DNA of 64,000 nucleotides from Clostridiales bacterium (GTDB lineage Bacteria; Bacillota; Clostridia; Monoglobales; JAIRYP01): NCBI GenBank assembly GCA_031267755.1, contig JAIRYP010000015.1, positions 142,538 to 206,537 of the forward strand, read 5' to 3'. Shown piece by piece: positions 10,363 to 20,237 of this stretch (position 1 is its first letter; each line of letters starts with the position of its first letter). The notes under the pieces were generated by a model. It saw only the letters and a program-made list of their open reading frames with translations, ran no database searches and was not told where the DNA came from. The position numbers and the translations under genes were made by a program.

Positions 10363-12224
10363 TGAAAAATAAAATATATGATATTGCAGTGGTTGGTTGT
10401 GGACATGCTGGGGCTGAGGCCGCACTTGCTTCAGCAAGGCTTGGATGTAAAGTATGTGTTTTTAGCATGTCGCTTGAGAGTGTTGTAAATTTGCCGTGCA
10501 ATCCAAGTATCGGAGGAACTGCTAAAGGTCATCTTGTTAGAGAAATTGATGCTTTGGGCGGAGAAATGGGTAAGGTTTCGGATAGCGTACTTCTTCAGTT
10601 TAGAATGTTGAACAAGAGTAAGGGGCCTGCCGTTTATTCTCCGAGAGCACAAGTTGATCGAAAATTATATCAAGCAAAGATGAAGCTTGTTATTGAAAAT
10701 CAAAAGAATATTCATTTGATTCAATCTGAAATTGTTAAAATAAAATTGAATTCTGACAATTCAGTTGGTTCTGTTTTGACGTCAACTGGTATTGAGTATG
10801 ATGTTAAAGCTGTAATAATTTCAACTGGAACGTTTTTAAATTCTAAGATAACGGTTGGAAATTTTAGTAAAAAAGGCGGTCCTGATGGCGCGTTTTCGTC
10901 GCAATTGCTTTTTGAAAATTTAAAAAAGATTGGAATTAAATTTTTTAGGTTCAAAACAGGTACTCCTCCGCGAGTAAATAAAAATAGCATCAATTTTGAT
11001 ATTTTGGAAAAACAATGTGGCGATGAAAAGATAACTCCATTTTCTTTTCAAACAAAGTATGATCTTAAAAATAAAATTGAATGTTATGTAACTTATACGA
11101 ATCAATTTACGCATAAAATAATTAATGAAAATTTGAACAGTTCACCAATTTATTCGGGAGAAATTGAGGGAGTTGGTCCAAGATATTGTCCATCAATTGA
11201 GGATAAGGTCGTGAGGTTTTCGGATAAAAATAGGCATCAACTTTTTATTGAACCTATGGGTTTAGAAACGAACGAAATTTACATTCAAGGTCTTAGCACT
11301 TGTATGCCTGAGTATATTCAAGAAAAAATTGTGCGCAGCATAAAGGGCCTTGAAAACTCTCAAATTATGAGATATGCGTACGCTATTGAATATAATTGTT
11401 GTGATACGCTTGACCTTAAATCAACTCTTGAGTTTAAGAATATAAAAGGTTTGTATGGAGCTGGGCAGTTTAATTGCACATCTGGTTATGAAGAAGCGGC
11501 AGCTCAAGGCCTTATAGCTGGAATTAACGCGGCGAGAAAAATTCAAGGCAAGACAGAATTTATTTTAGGGAGAAATGAAGCTTATATTGGAGTTTTGATC
11601 GATGATCTTGTGACAAAGGGAACAAACGAACCTTATCGTATAATGACTTCACGTTCTGAATATCGTTTATATTTAAGACAGGATAATGCTGATATTAGGC
11701 TTATGGAAAAGGGTTATCAAATTGGTTTGATATCAAAGAGTATTATTGATAATTTGAATGAAAAAAAGGAAAAGATTGCAAATGAAATAAAAAGACTTGA
11801 AAAAACTATTGCGTCGCCATCAAAAGAGGTTTTAAATTTTTTAAGTGAAATGAAGAGTTCAGAGATAACAAGTGGGATTCGGCTTTCTGAACTTTTAAAA
11901 AGACCAGAAATTTCATATACGGTTTTGTCAAAAATAGATGAAAATATGCCTGATATTGATTTTGAAACAAAAAAACAAGTTGAAATAAATATAAAGTATG
12001 AGGGTTATATCAAGAGACAATTGTTACAAATTAATCAGTTCGAAAAACTTGAAAGAAAAAAAATTCCAAAAAATATTGATTATTGTGTATTAAAAGGGAT
12101 GAAACATGAGGCGATTCAAAAGCTTCAAAAAATTCGCCCCGAATCTGTAGGTCAAGCTTCTCGTATTTCGGGTGTTTCGCCTGCCGATATATTGATTTTA
12201 CTTATTCATTTAAAAGGAAAGTAA
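10362..12224 (+). CDS. mnmG: tRNA uridine 5-carboxymethylaminomethyl modification enzyme MnmG (GidA)
   Basis: FAD motif YDIAVVGCGHAGAEAA, hallmark GPRYCPSIEDKVVRF, and C-terminus QASRISGVSPADI. Confidence 0.97.
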   Translation: MKNKIYDIAVVGCGHAGAEAALASARLGCKVCVFSMSLESVVNLPCNPSIGGTAKGHLVREIDALGGEMGKVSDSVLLQFRMLNKSKGPAVYSPRAQVDRKLYQAKMKLVIENQKNIHLIQSEIVKIKLNSDNSVGSVLTSTGIEYDVKAVIISTGTFLNSKITVGNFSKKGGPDGAFSSQLLFENLKKIGIKFFRFKTGTPPRVNKNSINFDILEKQCGDEKITPFSFQTKYDLKNKIECYVTYTNQFTHKIINENLNSSPIYSGEIEGVGPRYCPSIEDKVVRFSDKNRHQLFIEPMGLETNEIYIQGLSTCMPEYIQEKIVRSIKGLENSQIMRYAYAIEYNCCDTLDLKSTLEFKNIKGLYGAGQFNCTSGYEEAAAQGLIAGINAARKIQGKTEFILGRNEAYIGVLIDDLVTKGTNEPYRIMTSRSEYRLYLRQDNADIRLMEKGYQIGLISKSIIDNLNEKKEKIANEIKRLEKTIASPSKEVLNFLSEMKSSEITSGIRLSELLKRPEISYTVLSKIDENMPDIDFETKKQVEINIKYEGYIKRQLLQINQFEKLERKKIPKNIDYCVLKGMKHEAIQKLQKIRPESVGQASRISGVSPADILILLIHLKGK

Positions 12225-12378
12225 ATATGATATGAAAATTCATAAAGATTATTGTAAAAAATTTATATTTTATTTAGATGTAGAAAAATATGTTATGATG
12301 TGTTAAAGTAAGCTTGTGATTATGTTAGGTTTTAGACGCCTAATATTTTTATAATTTGTTTGTTTATGAGGAGAAAAA

Positions 12379-12615
12379 ATGGCTGGTGCGCAGAAATTTT
12401 TGCATCGTGTAAACCAATATGGAGTTACTAATGATTTAGAAAATAATAAATTTTTAGATAATTTAAAAAAAGATGATCGAAAAAATTTTGTTGCCAGAGA
12501 AAATGACGAAAGAGTTTATGTTGAGAAATTTTGTGATGAAGTTAGTTTTGATAAGTATAATTGTGATTTTGGTGATCGTAATGGAAATAGAAATGACGAT
12601 ATTTTAAATTTTTAG
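12379..12615 (+). CDS. hypothetical 78-aa protein (MAG-start small protein, cassette member)
   Basis: GAGGAG RBS present. Its 3' ~115 bp plus the downstream RBS region are duplicated at 13203-13349. Confidence 0.5.
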   Translation: MAGAQKFLHRVNQYGVTNDLENNKFLDNLKKDDRKNFVARENDERVYVEKFCDEVSFDKYNCDFGDRNGNRNDDILNF

Positions 12616-12648
12616 TTTATAAAATCACATCTATAAGGAGGAAATAAA

Positions 12649-13180
12649 ATGTCTGGAACAAAATGTTGTTTAGATAAACGAGTTATAGCAGGTAAATGTG
12701 AACCTGGAGATGATTCTGAACGTGAAGTGGCAAGATGTTTTAATTATTATATGTCGAAGAAAAGATTTTTTGGATTTGAGAAGGAATGTGATCCGGTGTT
12801 ATCTGGATTTAAAGCAGCAAAAGGTCGTACTAGACCATATGATAATCCAAAGTATGTTTTGTTGTCAAGAAATTTAAAGGAGAGTTTTATTATGGGTGCG
12901 TTAGATAGTTTTGTACGTTTTGAAAACGCTAAAAGCCCAGCGGGAAGGGGGGGGCAGTGTGAACGAAACTGTGGCCAGGGTTGTCAATTATATGAAAAGT
13001 GTTTCCAAAGATGATTCTGAACGTGTCCCGGAAAGTATTACTGATTATTGTGAAAGTGATGACAAGTTAGAAAGTTTTTTAAACTTAAAATTGCCAAGGG
13101 ATCTTAAAGGTGATTTTAAACTCGCTTCTAACGCCCCAAGAGAATTTATTCCGAGTTCAATGAAGCCATCACAAAAGTGA
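12649..13180 (+). pseudogene. frameshifted or phase-variable member of an MSGT...PSSMxPxQK small-protein family
   Basis: Track ORFs 12649..13014 and 12911..13180 overlap in different frames, and the switch falls at a G8 run (12947-12954). The second frame ends in a tail homologous to the end of ORF 13338..13781. Losing one G would give a single 176-aa ORF. Confidence 0.6.
12947..12954 (+). repeat. G8 homopolymer at the frame switch
   Basis: Direct reading: cgggaaGGGGGGGGcagtg. Confidence 0.9.
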
Positions 13181-13202
13181 ATTTTTAAGTTTTTTCATTA
13201 AA

Positions 13203-13304
13203 GAAAATGATAAAAGAGTTTATGTTGAATCTGGTTTTGATAAGTATAATTGTGATTTTGGTGATCGTAATGGAAATAGAAATGACGATATTTTAAATTT
13301 TTAG
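13203..13304 (+). pseudogene. 5'-truncated relic copy of the 78-aa gene at 12379..12615
   Basis: Near-identical to 12499-12615, including the stop codon, with one internal replacement/deletion. It has no start codon or 5' half. Confidence 0.6.
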
Positions 13305-13337
13305 TTTATAAAATTATGTTTATAATGAGGAAATAAA

Positions 13338-13781
13338 ATGTCTGGAACAGAATCTTATTTATCTGAAGATGTATTAAAACAAAATGTGCTTGATCCTTCA
13401 ACTTTAAATTATGAGATTGCAAGAATACTTGGCGATGATTGGGATAAAGAAATGCCAAATTTGTGGTACATTAATGTTACATTTGGGGTTTTTGCAGGAA
13501 CAAGTAGGATTTGTTTTTTAACGGAAAATTTTGAGGAGATAATGTGGATTTTTTCGACTTATTCTCCCCAAGAAAAGCAATTTGAACGTGTTTTGGTTGA
13601 TTTTAAAAGTGAAGAGATGATTAAAAATTTAGTTGAACATTTTGATGAAAATTATTTTGAACTTGAATTGCCAAGTGATCTTGAACGTAGTATGAAAAAG
13701 GATCTCACAGGTGATTCTGGAATCGATTCAAACGTTCCAAGAAAATTTACTCCGAGTTCAATGAGGCCATTACAAAAGTGA
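13338..13781 (+). CDS. hypothetical 147-aa protein, MSGT...PSSMRPLQK family
   Basis: The RBS and first four codons are identical to gene 12649 (aaataaaATGTCTGGAACA). The C-terminal tail DSNVPRKFTPSSMRPLQK is homologous to SNAPREFIPSSMKPSQK. The body is unrelated. Confidence 0.6.
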   Translation: MSGTESYLSEDVLKQNVLDPSTLNYEIARILGDDWDKEMPNLWYINVTFGVFAGTSRICFLTENFEEIMWIFSTYSPQEKQFERVLVDFKSEEMIKNLVEHFDENYFELELPSDLERSMKKDLTGDSGIDSNVPRKFTPSSMRPLQK

Positions 13782-13969
13782 ATTTTTAAATTTTAGGCTC
13801 TGTGTAGCGATGAAACTTTGTGTTTTATTATTTGGTATTTTGATGAAATTTTGTTATATATTGTGTCTTGAAAGAATATTTATGTTTAGAATACTATAAA
13901 TTTGTGACTATTTATAAGAGCCTTTGAGCTTTTGTTGTTTTACATATTTTATTATTTGGAGGAATAAAA

Positions 13970-14206
13970 ATGGCTGGTCTTTTACCTTATGTTATAGAAA
14001 GTGGACTTTCTAATAAAACTTATATTACCGAAAGGGAAGCTGAAAGAATAAGAAAAGATTTTGATGAGCTTTGTCAAGATTGGCGTGAAGAGTTTAAAGG
14101 TGCAAGCGTTTTTATTTCTAGTGACGACCGAACACCAGGTAGAAATCTTTATGATATCAAAAATGGTAGTCAATATTTTTGGTTTCGTGGAAGGAACACA
14201 TTATAA
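13970..14206 (+). CDS. hypothetical 78-aa protein (second MAG-start small protein)
   Basis: GGAGG RBS present. It has the same length and the same first three codons (ATGGCTGGT) as ORF 12379. No motif recognised. Confidence 0.5.
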   Translation: MAGLLPYVIESGLSNKTYITEREAERIRKDFDELCQDWREEFKGASVFISSDDRTPGRNLYDIKNGSQYFWFRGRNTL

Positions 14207-14330
14207 AGTGAAATGTGCGTCACTGTAACATAAATTGTAAAAGTTGTTTTTAACAAATATTAAAAAAATTGCACAGTGCGTTTTTGTGTTTTAATTATTA
14301 TTTTTTATTAATTTACTTTTAATAATTAAG

Positions 14331-14367
14331 TATGTCATCTATAGTGGTGACATATTATTTTTTTCAA
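14331..14367 (+). terminator. rho-independent terminator closing the small-gene cassette
   Basis: TATGTCA (14331-14337) pairs with TGACATA (14349-14355), followed by TTATTTTTTT. Confidence 0.5.
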
Positions 14368-14722
14368 AATTAAAGATTATTTTTGTTAGTTTGATTTTAA
14401 ATTTTTTAATTCAATGTTTTTGTAAAAACACATTTTTTTGAGTTTTTTATTTTAAAATAAAGTTGAGACAATTGAATGCAAAATATATTTCATTCGTTTA
14501 TTTTAAGAACATATGATTTGTTTTTTTAGTTTAATTAAGTGATATATTAAAAAGTATTGTTTTTGAAAGCAAAAATTAAGTTTTTACAGACTGAGTAGTG
14601 TTTCTTAATAGTAAATGTATTTTTATTCTTAAGTATAATTTTATAAATTTTAGGGGGTAGTTAAAATCTTAAATGACCTAAATACTTATTGGCACACCAC
14701 TTCGCACATTCTTGCGCAGGCC

Positions 14723-16435
14723 GTGAAAAGATTATACCCCGAAAGCCTTCTTGCTATTGGCCCTGCAATAGATAGAGGTTTTTATTATGATTTTGATGTT
14801 AAAACCTCTTTTACTAAAAATGATTTAAACTTGATTGAAAAAGAAATGAAAAGAATTATTAAAAGAAATTTTTCAATTGAAAGGTTTGAACTTAAGAGGT
14901 CTGATGCAATTAAATTAATGCAAAAGCTAAATGAAATATATAAAATTGAAATTATAAATGGTTTAAAGGATAATGAAATTATATCTTTTTATCGTCAGGG
15001 AGAGTTTGTTGATTTATGTTTGGGACCGCATTTGAATAATACTGGAATGATTAAATCATTTAAACTTTTGAGTACTACTGGGGCTTATTGGTGCGGTGAC
15101 GCAAAAAATAAGATGTTATGCCGAATATATGGCATTTCTTTTCCTAATGATAGTTTACTTGAAGATTATTTAATAAATTTAGAGGAATCTAAAAATCGAG
15201 ATCATAATAAACTTGGTAGAGAGCTTGAAATTTTTACAATTTCAAGTCACGTGGGAAAAGGGCTTCCTATTTTTCTTCCATATGGTGCTAAGATGCTTAG
15301 ATTGCTTCAGAATTTTGTTGAGAACGAAGAAGAAAAGAGAGGTTATTTGCTCACTATAACTCCATTTATGGCAAAGTCTGATTTATATAAAATTTCGGGT
15401 CATTGGGATCATTATAAAGAGAATATGTTTGTTATTGGAAATGATGAAAATGGCAAAGAAGTGTTGGCGTTGAGACCCATGACATGTCCGTTTCAATTTC
15501 AAATTTTTTTAAATAAGACAAGAAGTTATCGTGATTTGCCTATGCGGCTTAGTGAAACTTCAACTATGTTTAGAAATGAAGCGTCTGGTGAAATGCATGG
15601 TCTTATAAGAATTCGTCAGTTTACACTTTCGGATGGACATATTATTTGCGCTGAAGAACATTTAGAAGATGAGTTTAAAAGTTGTCTTGAACTTGCAATT
15701 TTTTGCCTTAAAAAAGTGGGATTGTATGATGATGTAAGTTATCGTTTTTCAAAATGTGATTTAGTAAATAATAAAGAAAAATATATAGGCACTGAAAATC
15801 AATGGAAATTTGTTCAAGAAAAGATGCAAAATATACTTGATGATTTAGGTTTAATATATGAATCGGTTGATGGAGAAGCTGCATTTTATGGTCCAAAGCT
15901 TGATTTACAGATAAAAAATGTTTATGGAAAGGAGGATACGCTCATAACTTTACAAATTGATTTTCAGCTTGCGGAAAGATTTTCCATGAAATACACAGAT
16001 CAGAATGGTTTGAAAAAATATCCGTATATTATACATCGTACTTCGATTGGATGTTATGAGAGAACTCTGGCGTTAATGATTGAAAAATTTGCCGGTGCTT
16101 TTCCAGTGTGGATTGCGCCAGTTCAAGTTTTAATAATTCCGGTTAGCATTGATAAAAATTTATGTTATGCTAAAACAGTTATGGAAGTGTTGAAAGAAAA
16201 TGGAATTCGAAGAGTTGAAATTAACGATAGAAATGAAAAATTAGGTTATAGATTACGAAGCGCTCAACTTAAAAAAATTCCATATATGTTAATAGTTGGT
16301 GAGAGTGAAGAAAGAGAGAAATCGGTTTCAATGAGAACACAAAAAAATGGGGATGTTGGAATTTTGAAGCTTTATGAATTTTTAAAAATTATAAAAAAAG
16401 ACATAGAATCTTTTCCGAGTTGGAATACGATATAA
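14723..16435 (+). CDS. thrS: threonine--tRNA ligase lacking the N-terminal TGS domain
   Basis: Motifs: RDHNKLGRELEIF and MRLSETSTMFRNEASGEMHGLIRIRQFTLSDGHIIC, plus a C-terminal anticodon-binding domain. The first canonical start is GTG 14723. However, the conserved editing-domain motif YWHTTSHILAQAV is encoded in frame upstream, from 14654 after stop 14651-14653, with no ATG/GTG/TTG. Confidence 0.9.
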   Translation: MKRLYPESLLAIGPAIDRGFYYDFDVKTSFTKNDLNLIEKEMKRIIKRNFSIERFELKRSDAIKLMQKLNEIYKIEIINGLKDNEIISFYRQGEFVDLCLGPHLNNTGMIKSFKLLSTTGAYWCGDAKNKMLCRIYGISFPNDSLLEDYLINLEESKNRDHNKLGRELEIFTISSHVGKGLPIFLPYGAKMLRLLQNFVENEEEKRGYLLTITPFMAKSDLYKISGHWDHYKENMFVIGNDENGKEVLALRPMTCPFQFQIFLNKTRSYRDLPMRLSETSTMFRNEASGEMHGLIRIRQFTLSDGHIICAEEHLEDEFKSCLELAIFCLKKVGLYDDVSYRFSKCDLVNNKEKYIGTENQWKFVQEKMQNILDDLGLIYESVDGEAAFYGPKLDLQIKNVYGKEDTLITLQIDFQLAERFSMKYTDQNGLKKYPYIIHRTSIGCYERTLALMIEKFAGAFPVWIAPVQVLIIPVSIDKNLCYAKTVMEVLKENGIRRVEINDRNEKLGYRLRSAQLKKIPYMLIVGESEEREKSVSMRTQKNGDVGILKLYEFLKIIKKDIESFPSWNTI

Positions 16436-16442
16436 GTGATGT

Positions 16443-17060
16443 TTAATCGTTTTTAAATTTCATATTATTTGAATATAAAAAACCAATTCTATCAATTGGC
16501 CACATGCGAAATATAGCCTTTCCTATTATAGAACGGTTTGATATTGGTCCAAGTGCGCGGCAATCGTGACTGTCAGATCTATTGTCGCCCATTGCGAAAA
16601 CTTCATCTTTTCCAACTATTATGGGCTTGTCTTTACTATATTTGCCTTTTTCTATGAGATCGTCAGTATATTTTTCCGAACGTGTTGTCAAATCTTTAAT
16701 ATATGGTTCATCAATAATTTTGTTGTTAATGTAAATGTGACCGTTTTCGAAATCCATAAAAATTTTGTCGTCTTCAATTGCAATCACTCTTTTTACATAA
16801 GGATGTTTCGAATCTATTTTAGGTGTAAAAACTATTATGTCTCCTCTTTTTGGTTTGTAAAAAAACCTATTCACATAAAGTTTATCATTGCTGTGTAGCG
16901 TAGGCTCCATAGATTTTCCATTCACTAATACCAACGTGAACACAAAACTTCTTAAAACAAATGAAATTGCAAGGGCGAACAATATCGCTTGAATCCACTC
17001 AAAAAATTCTTTTTTCCAAAATGATTTTTCTTTTTTTTGCTTTGAGTTTTGATTTTTCAT
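16443..17060 (-). CDS. lepB: signal peptidase I
   Basis: N-terminal TM helix, Ser box GKSMEPTL, and GDNRSDSHDCR. Lies downstream of rplS as in many Firmicutes. Confidence 0.9.
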   Translation of the reverse strand: MKNQNSKQKKEKSFWKKEFFEWIQAILFALAISFVLRSFVFTLVLVNGKSMEPTLHSNDKLYVNRFFYKPKRGDIIVFTPKIDSKHPYVKRVIAIEDDKIFMDFENGHIYINNKIIDEPYIKDLTTRSEKYTDDLIEKGKYSKDKPIIVGKDEVFAMGDNRSDSHDCRALGPISNRSIIGKAIFRMWPIDRIGFLYSNNMKFKND

Positions 17061-17191
17061 TTAGCTTTTTCTCCTTGAAAATATTTTGGAAATAATAACT
17101 CCAGAGATTCTAAGATATTTTCGTTCACAAAAAAATTTTAATATAAATAACTTTTTACGAAAAACGTTCCTAAGTTTATGATTTGAAAAAT

Positions 17192-17566
17192 TTATTTATC
17201 AATATTTTTAAGGTTTTCTTTGATTTTTGCAGCTTTTCCAACTCTATTTCTTAGATAATAAAGCTTTGCTCTTCTAACTTTTCCTCTTTTTAATATTTTA
17301 ATATTGGAAATATTTGGAGAATGTAACGGAAAAGTTCTCTCTGTCCAGACGCCATATGAAAAGTACCTTGTTGTGAAATTTTCCTGAATGCCATGATGGT
17401 TTTTTTTGATTACAACTCCTTCTAATCCCTGTATTCTGCTTTTTAAACCATCTTTTGTTTTTTCTTTAATTATTAAATCAACATGAATTGTATCGCCAAC
17501 ATTAAAATTGGTTATGTCTTCTCTGATTTGGTTTTTTGTAATTTGTTTCAAAATAGAAGAATTCAT
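17192..17566 (-). CDS. rplS: 50S ribosomal protein L19
   Basis: Motifs: [31 protein letters not shown] and FNVGDTIHV. Confidence 0.95.
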   Translation of the reverse strand: MNSSILKQITKNQIREDITNFNVGDTIHVDLIIKEKTKDGLKSRIQGLEGVVIKKNHHGIQENFTTRYFSYGVWTERTFPLHSPNISNIKILKRGKVRRAKLYYLRNRVGKAAKIKENLKNIDK

Positions 17567-17764
17567 TGGCTTCCCCTTTCTTTAATTATTTTAAATTTTA
17601 TACAAAAAACAAGTGTATTAAACTGTTAATATCTTTTAAAATAGCATGGAGAAAAATAAATTTCAACAAAATTTTGAAAATTTTTAATTGTTTGACTTGT
17701 ATGGTTTAATGTGTTAGAAGCTTTGAGTTACAATCTTTTGGTGGTTAATTTTCCTCAGAAAAAA

Positions 17765-17840
17765 GGCGGCATAGCTCAGTTGGTAGAGCATACGGTTCAT
17801 ATCCGTAGTGTCGGTGGTTCAATCCCACTTGCCGCTACCA
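17765..17840 (+). tRNA. tRNA-Met (anticodon CAT), encoded CCA
   Basis: A 76-nt cloverleaf can be drawn by hand: acceptor GGCGGCA/TGCCGCT, D arm GCTC-AGTTGGTA-GAGC, anticodon arm TACGG-TTCATAT-CCGTA, T arm GGTGG-TTCAATC-CCACT, then ACCA. It resembles Firmicute elongator Met. Ile2 (lysidine) identity cannot be excluded. Confidence 0.9.
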
Positions 17841-17934
17841 TTTGTTTTTTAAAATTTTCAGAAGCTTTAGAATTCATTTTAGTTTTTTAATATTGCATAT
17901 TGAATTTTTTAAAAATATTTAAAATATTACTGGG

Positions 17935-18621
17935 GTGATTCCGTTGAACATTGATATTATTGTTATTTTGTTCATTTCATTAATGGCTTTTATTGGTTAT
18001 AAAATAGGACTTGTGAGAACTTTGCTTAGTTTTTCATCACATGTAATTTCTCTTATATTTTCTTGGTTTTTATATCCTATTGTTTCAAAAATCATAATGA
18101 AAACTAGTATATTTAGTCGATTGAGCGATCTTGCGAGGAAAAACATTGCAACCTTAAATCTTGGCGAGTCTATTGAAAATATTTCTTTAGATCAGGTTTT
18201 AGGTCAATTTAAGCTTCCATACAGCATAATTAAATTTTTAAATTCTGTTCTTAGAAATGTAAGTGGGAATATTTATGATGTATTAGCGGGGAAAATGGTG
18301 AATGTTTTTATAAACATACTATCGATGCTAATTATTTTTGTTTTTTGCAGAATATTCATAAGGTTCTTTTTTGCAATATTTGATTTGTTTGCGAGACTTC
18401 CGGTTATAAAACAATTCAATAAGCTTGGAGGAGGTATTTTTGGAATAATACAAGGAGTTTTTATAGTTTACTTGATACTTGCATTTTTTACTGTGCCTCT
18501 AATGATGAAAAAAAGTTTGAGAATTCATGAGCAAATTGATGCATCATTTGTTACGAAAGAAATGTATTACAACAATTTAATATTTAGGTTCTTTTTGCCT
18601 AAGTATCTGTCAAAACAATGA
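17935..18621 (+). CDS. cvpA: CvpA family membrane protein
   Basis: Polytopic membrane ORF with a CvpA-like N-terminus ([27 protein letters not shown]). Confidence 0.7.
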   Translation: MIPLNIDIIVILFISLMAFIGYKIGLVRTLLSFSSHVISLIFSWFLYPIVSKIIMKTSIFSRLSDLARKNIATLNLGESIENISLDQVLGQFKLPYSIIKFLNSVLRNVSGNIYDVLAGKMVNVFINILSMLIIFVFCRIFIRFFFAIFDLFARLPVIKQFNKLGGGIFGIIQGVFIVYLILAFFTVPLMMKKSLRIHEQIDASFVTKEMYYNNLIFRFFLPKYLSKQ

Positions 18622-18637
18622 TATTTGGAGGTTTTTT

Positions 18638-20062
18638 GTGATAGTTAAGGAGATGAAAGAAAATGAAATAACGGAAGAAGAAAATTTTGAGAATGAACTT
18701 AAAAATATTACTTTAAATGAGCTTAGAAAAATTGCCAAAAAAAATGGAATTTTAAATGCCTATAAATATAAAAAAATTGAACTTTTAAATTTGCTTATCG
18801 AGACTAAAAAAGCATTCAATGAGGTTTTTTTTGAAAATAATAAGCAAATTTCAAAAAATGAAGTTCAAAAATTCAAAAAAAAGACAAACGATAAAGAAAA
18901 AGTTGGTTCAAAAACAGATTTACAAATAGAGTATTCGGACCCCGATAGGCGCACAAATTTGGTTGGTGGCATACTTGAAATAATTGACGGTTATGGTTTT
19001 TTAAGATGCGAGAATTATCAATCTGGAATGAGTGATATTTATGTTTCTCAGACTCAGATTAAGAGATTTAATCTAAAGACCGGTGATTATATAGTTGGAA
19101 ATGCACGTATGCAACATGAGGGCGAAAAGTTTCAGGCTTTGCTTTATGTTCAAACTGTGAACGATGATAAAGTTGATGTATCACTTAAAAGGATTAATTT
19201 TGATGATTTAACTCCACTTTATCCCACAAAGAGAATAACTCTTGAGCTTGTTTCAAATTCTTTTTCTATGAGAATTATTGATTTGATTGCACCAATTGGT
19301 AAAGGTCAGCGTGGTATTATTGTTGCTCCTCCAAAAGCCGGAAAAACTACTTTGCTTAAAAAAATCGCGCACAGCATATCGGTTAATCATCCTGAAATTA
19401 AGCTTATTGTACTTCTTATTGATGAGCGCCCTGAAGAGGTGACAGATATTAAAAGGAGCATAAAGGGAGATGTTGTATATTCAACATTTGATGAGGAATC
19501 GTGTAATCATACAAAAGTTGCTGAAATAGTGCTTGAAAGAGCCAAGAGACTTGTTGAACATAAAAAGGATGTTGTGATATTGCTTGATAGCATAACAAGA
19601 CTTGCAAGGGCCTATAACTTAACAATTTCACCAACTGGAAGAACATTATCGGGTGGACTTGATCCTGGGGCATTGTACAAACCAAAAAGATTTTTTGGTG
19701 CTGCAAGAAATGTTGAAGAAGGTGGGAGTCTCACTATTTTGGCGACTGCATTGGTTGAAACTGGAAGCCGAATGGATGACATGATTTTTGAAGAGTTTAA
19801 AGGAACAGGAAATATGGAAGTGCATTTGGATAGAAAACTTCAGGAAAAAAGGATATTTCCGGCAATTGATATTTCAAAAACTGGCACTCGCAAAGAAGAA
19901 CTTTTGGTTACTCAGAAAGAACTTGAGTCTATTTGGAGAATTAGAAGACTTTTTGTTAATAAAAACAATTCTGAACTCACTGAAACGATAATAAGTTGGA
20001 TATTAAAAACAAAAAATAATTTACAATTCATAGAAAATATTGAAAAAATACTTAGCAATTGA
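18638..20062 (+). CDS. rho: transcription termination factor Rho
   Basis: Has a Rho_N segment ([13 protein letters not shown]), a ~50-aa Lys/Asn-rich insertion, an RNA-binding domain, Walker [11 protein letters not shown], and motifs ARAYN and [10 protein letters not shown]. Confidence 0.95.
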   Translation: MIVKEMKENEITEEENFENELKNITLNELRKIAKKNGILNAYKYKKIELLNLLIETKKAFNEVFFENNKQISKNEVQKFKKKTNDKEKVGSKTDLQIEYSDPDRRTNLVGGILEIIDGYGFLRCENYQSGMSDIYVSQTQIKRFNLKTGDYIVGNARMQHEGEKFQALLYVQTVNDDKVDVSLKRINFDDLTPLYPTKRITLELVSNSFSMRIIDLIAPIGKGQRGIIVAPPKAGKTTLLKKIAHSISVNHPEIKLIVLLIDERPEEVTDIKRSIKGDVVYSTFDEESCNHTKVAEIVLERAKRLVEHKKDVVILLDSITRLARAYNLTISPTGRTLSGGLDPGALYKPKRFFGAARNVEEGGSLTILATALVETGSRMDDMIFEEFKGTGNMEVHLDRKLQEKRIFPAIDISKTGTRKEELLVTQKELESIWRIRRLFVNKNNSELTETIISWILKTKNNLQFIENIEKILSN

Positions 20063-20237
20063 TCAAAAAAATATTATTTATTGTAAAAGCAATTTTAAAT
20101 ATTATTTTTATCACTTAGCTAAAAATACGTTCATTTTATTATATTTTATGGGTTTGAATATTTTATAAAATTTTGTTAAAATATTATTTTGGTAACTTGT
20201 TTTAACTTATTTAGATTTATTAAAATTTTGTTTAAAA

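Noticed and set aside
12911-13180. Treating the 89-aa ORF as an independent gene starting at TTG 12911
   Set aside because: It has no RBS and overlaps ORF 12649 by 104 nt. Its homology to the paralogue tail continues from the upstream frame across the G8 tract, so a frameshifted single gene is the better model.
14207-14722. Possible T-box riboswitch leader upstream of thrS
   Set aside because: I looked for the conserved T-box sequence (AANNNGGGTGGTACCGCG-like) and for a specifier/antiterminator architecture on the plus strand and found none. Only a terminator hairpin for the upstream cassette is evident. A covariance-model scan would be needed for certainty.
18800-18960. Lys/Asn-rich ~50-aa insertion in the Rho N-terminal region, as a possible prion-like domain of the kind described for Clostridium botulinum Rho
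   Set aside because: The insertion is short and Lys-rich, not Gln/Asn-rich. By eye it does not resemble a prion-forming domain. It is noted only in the feature evidence.
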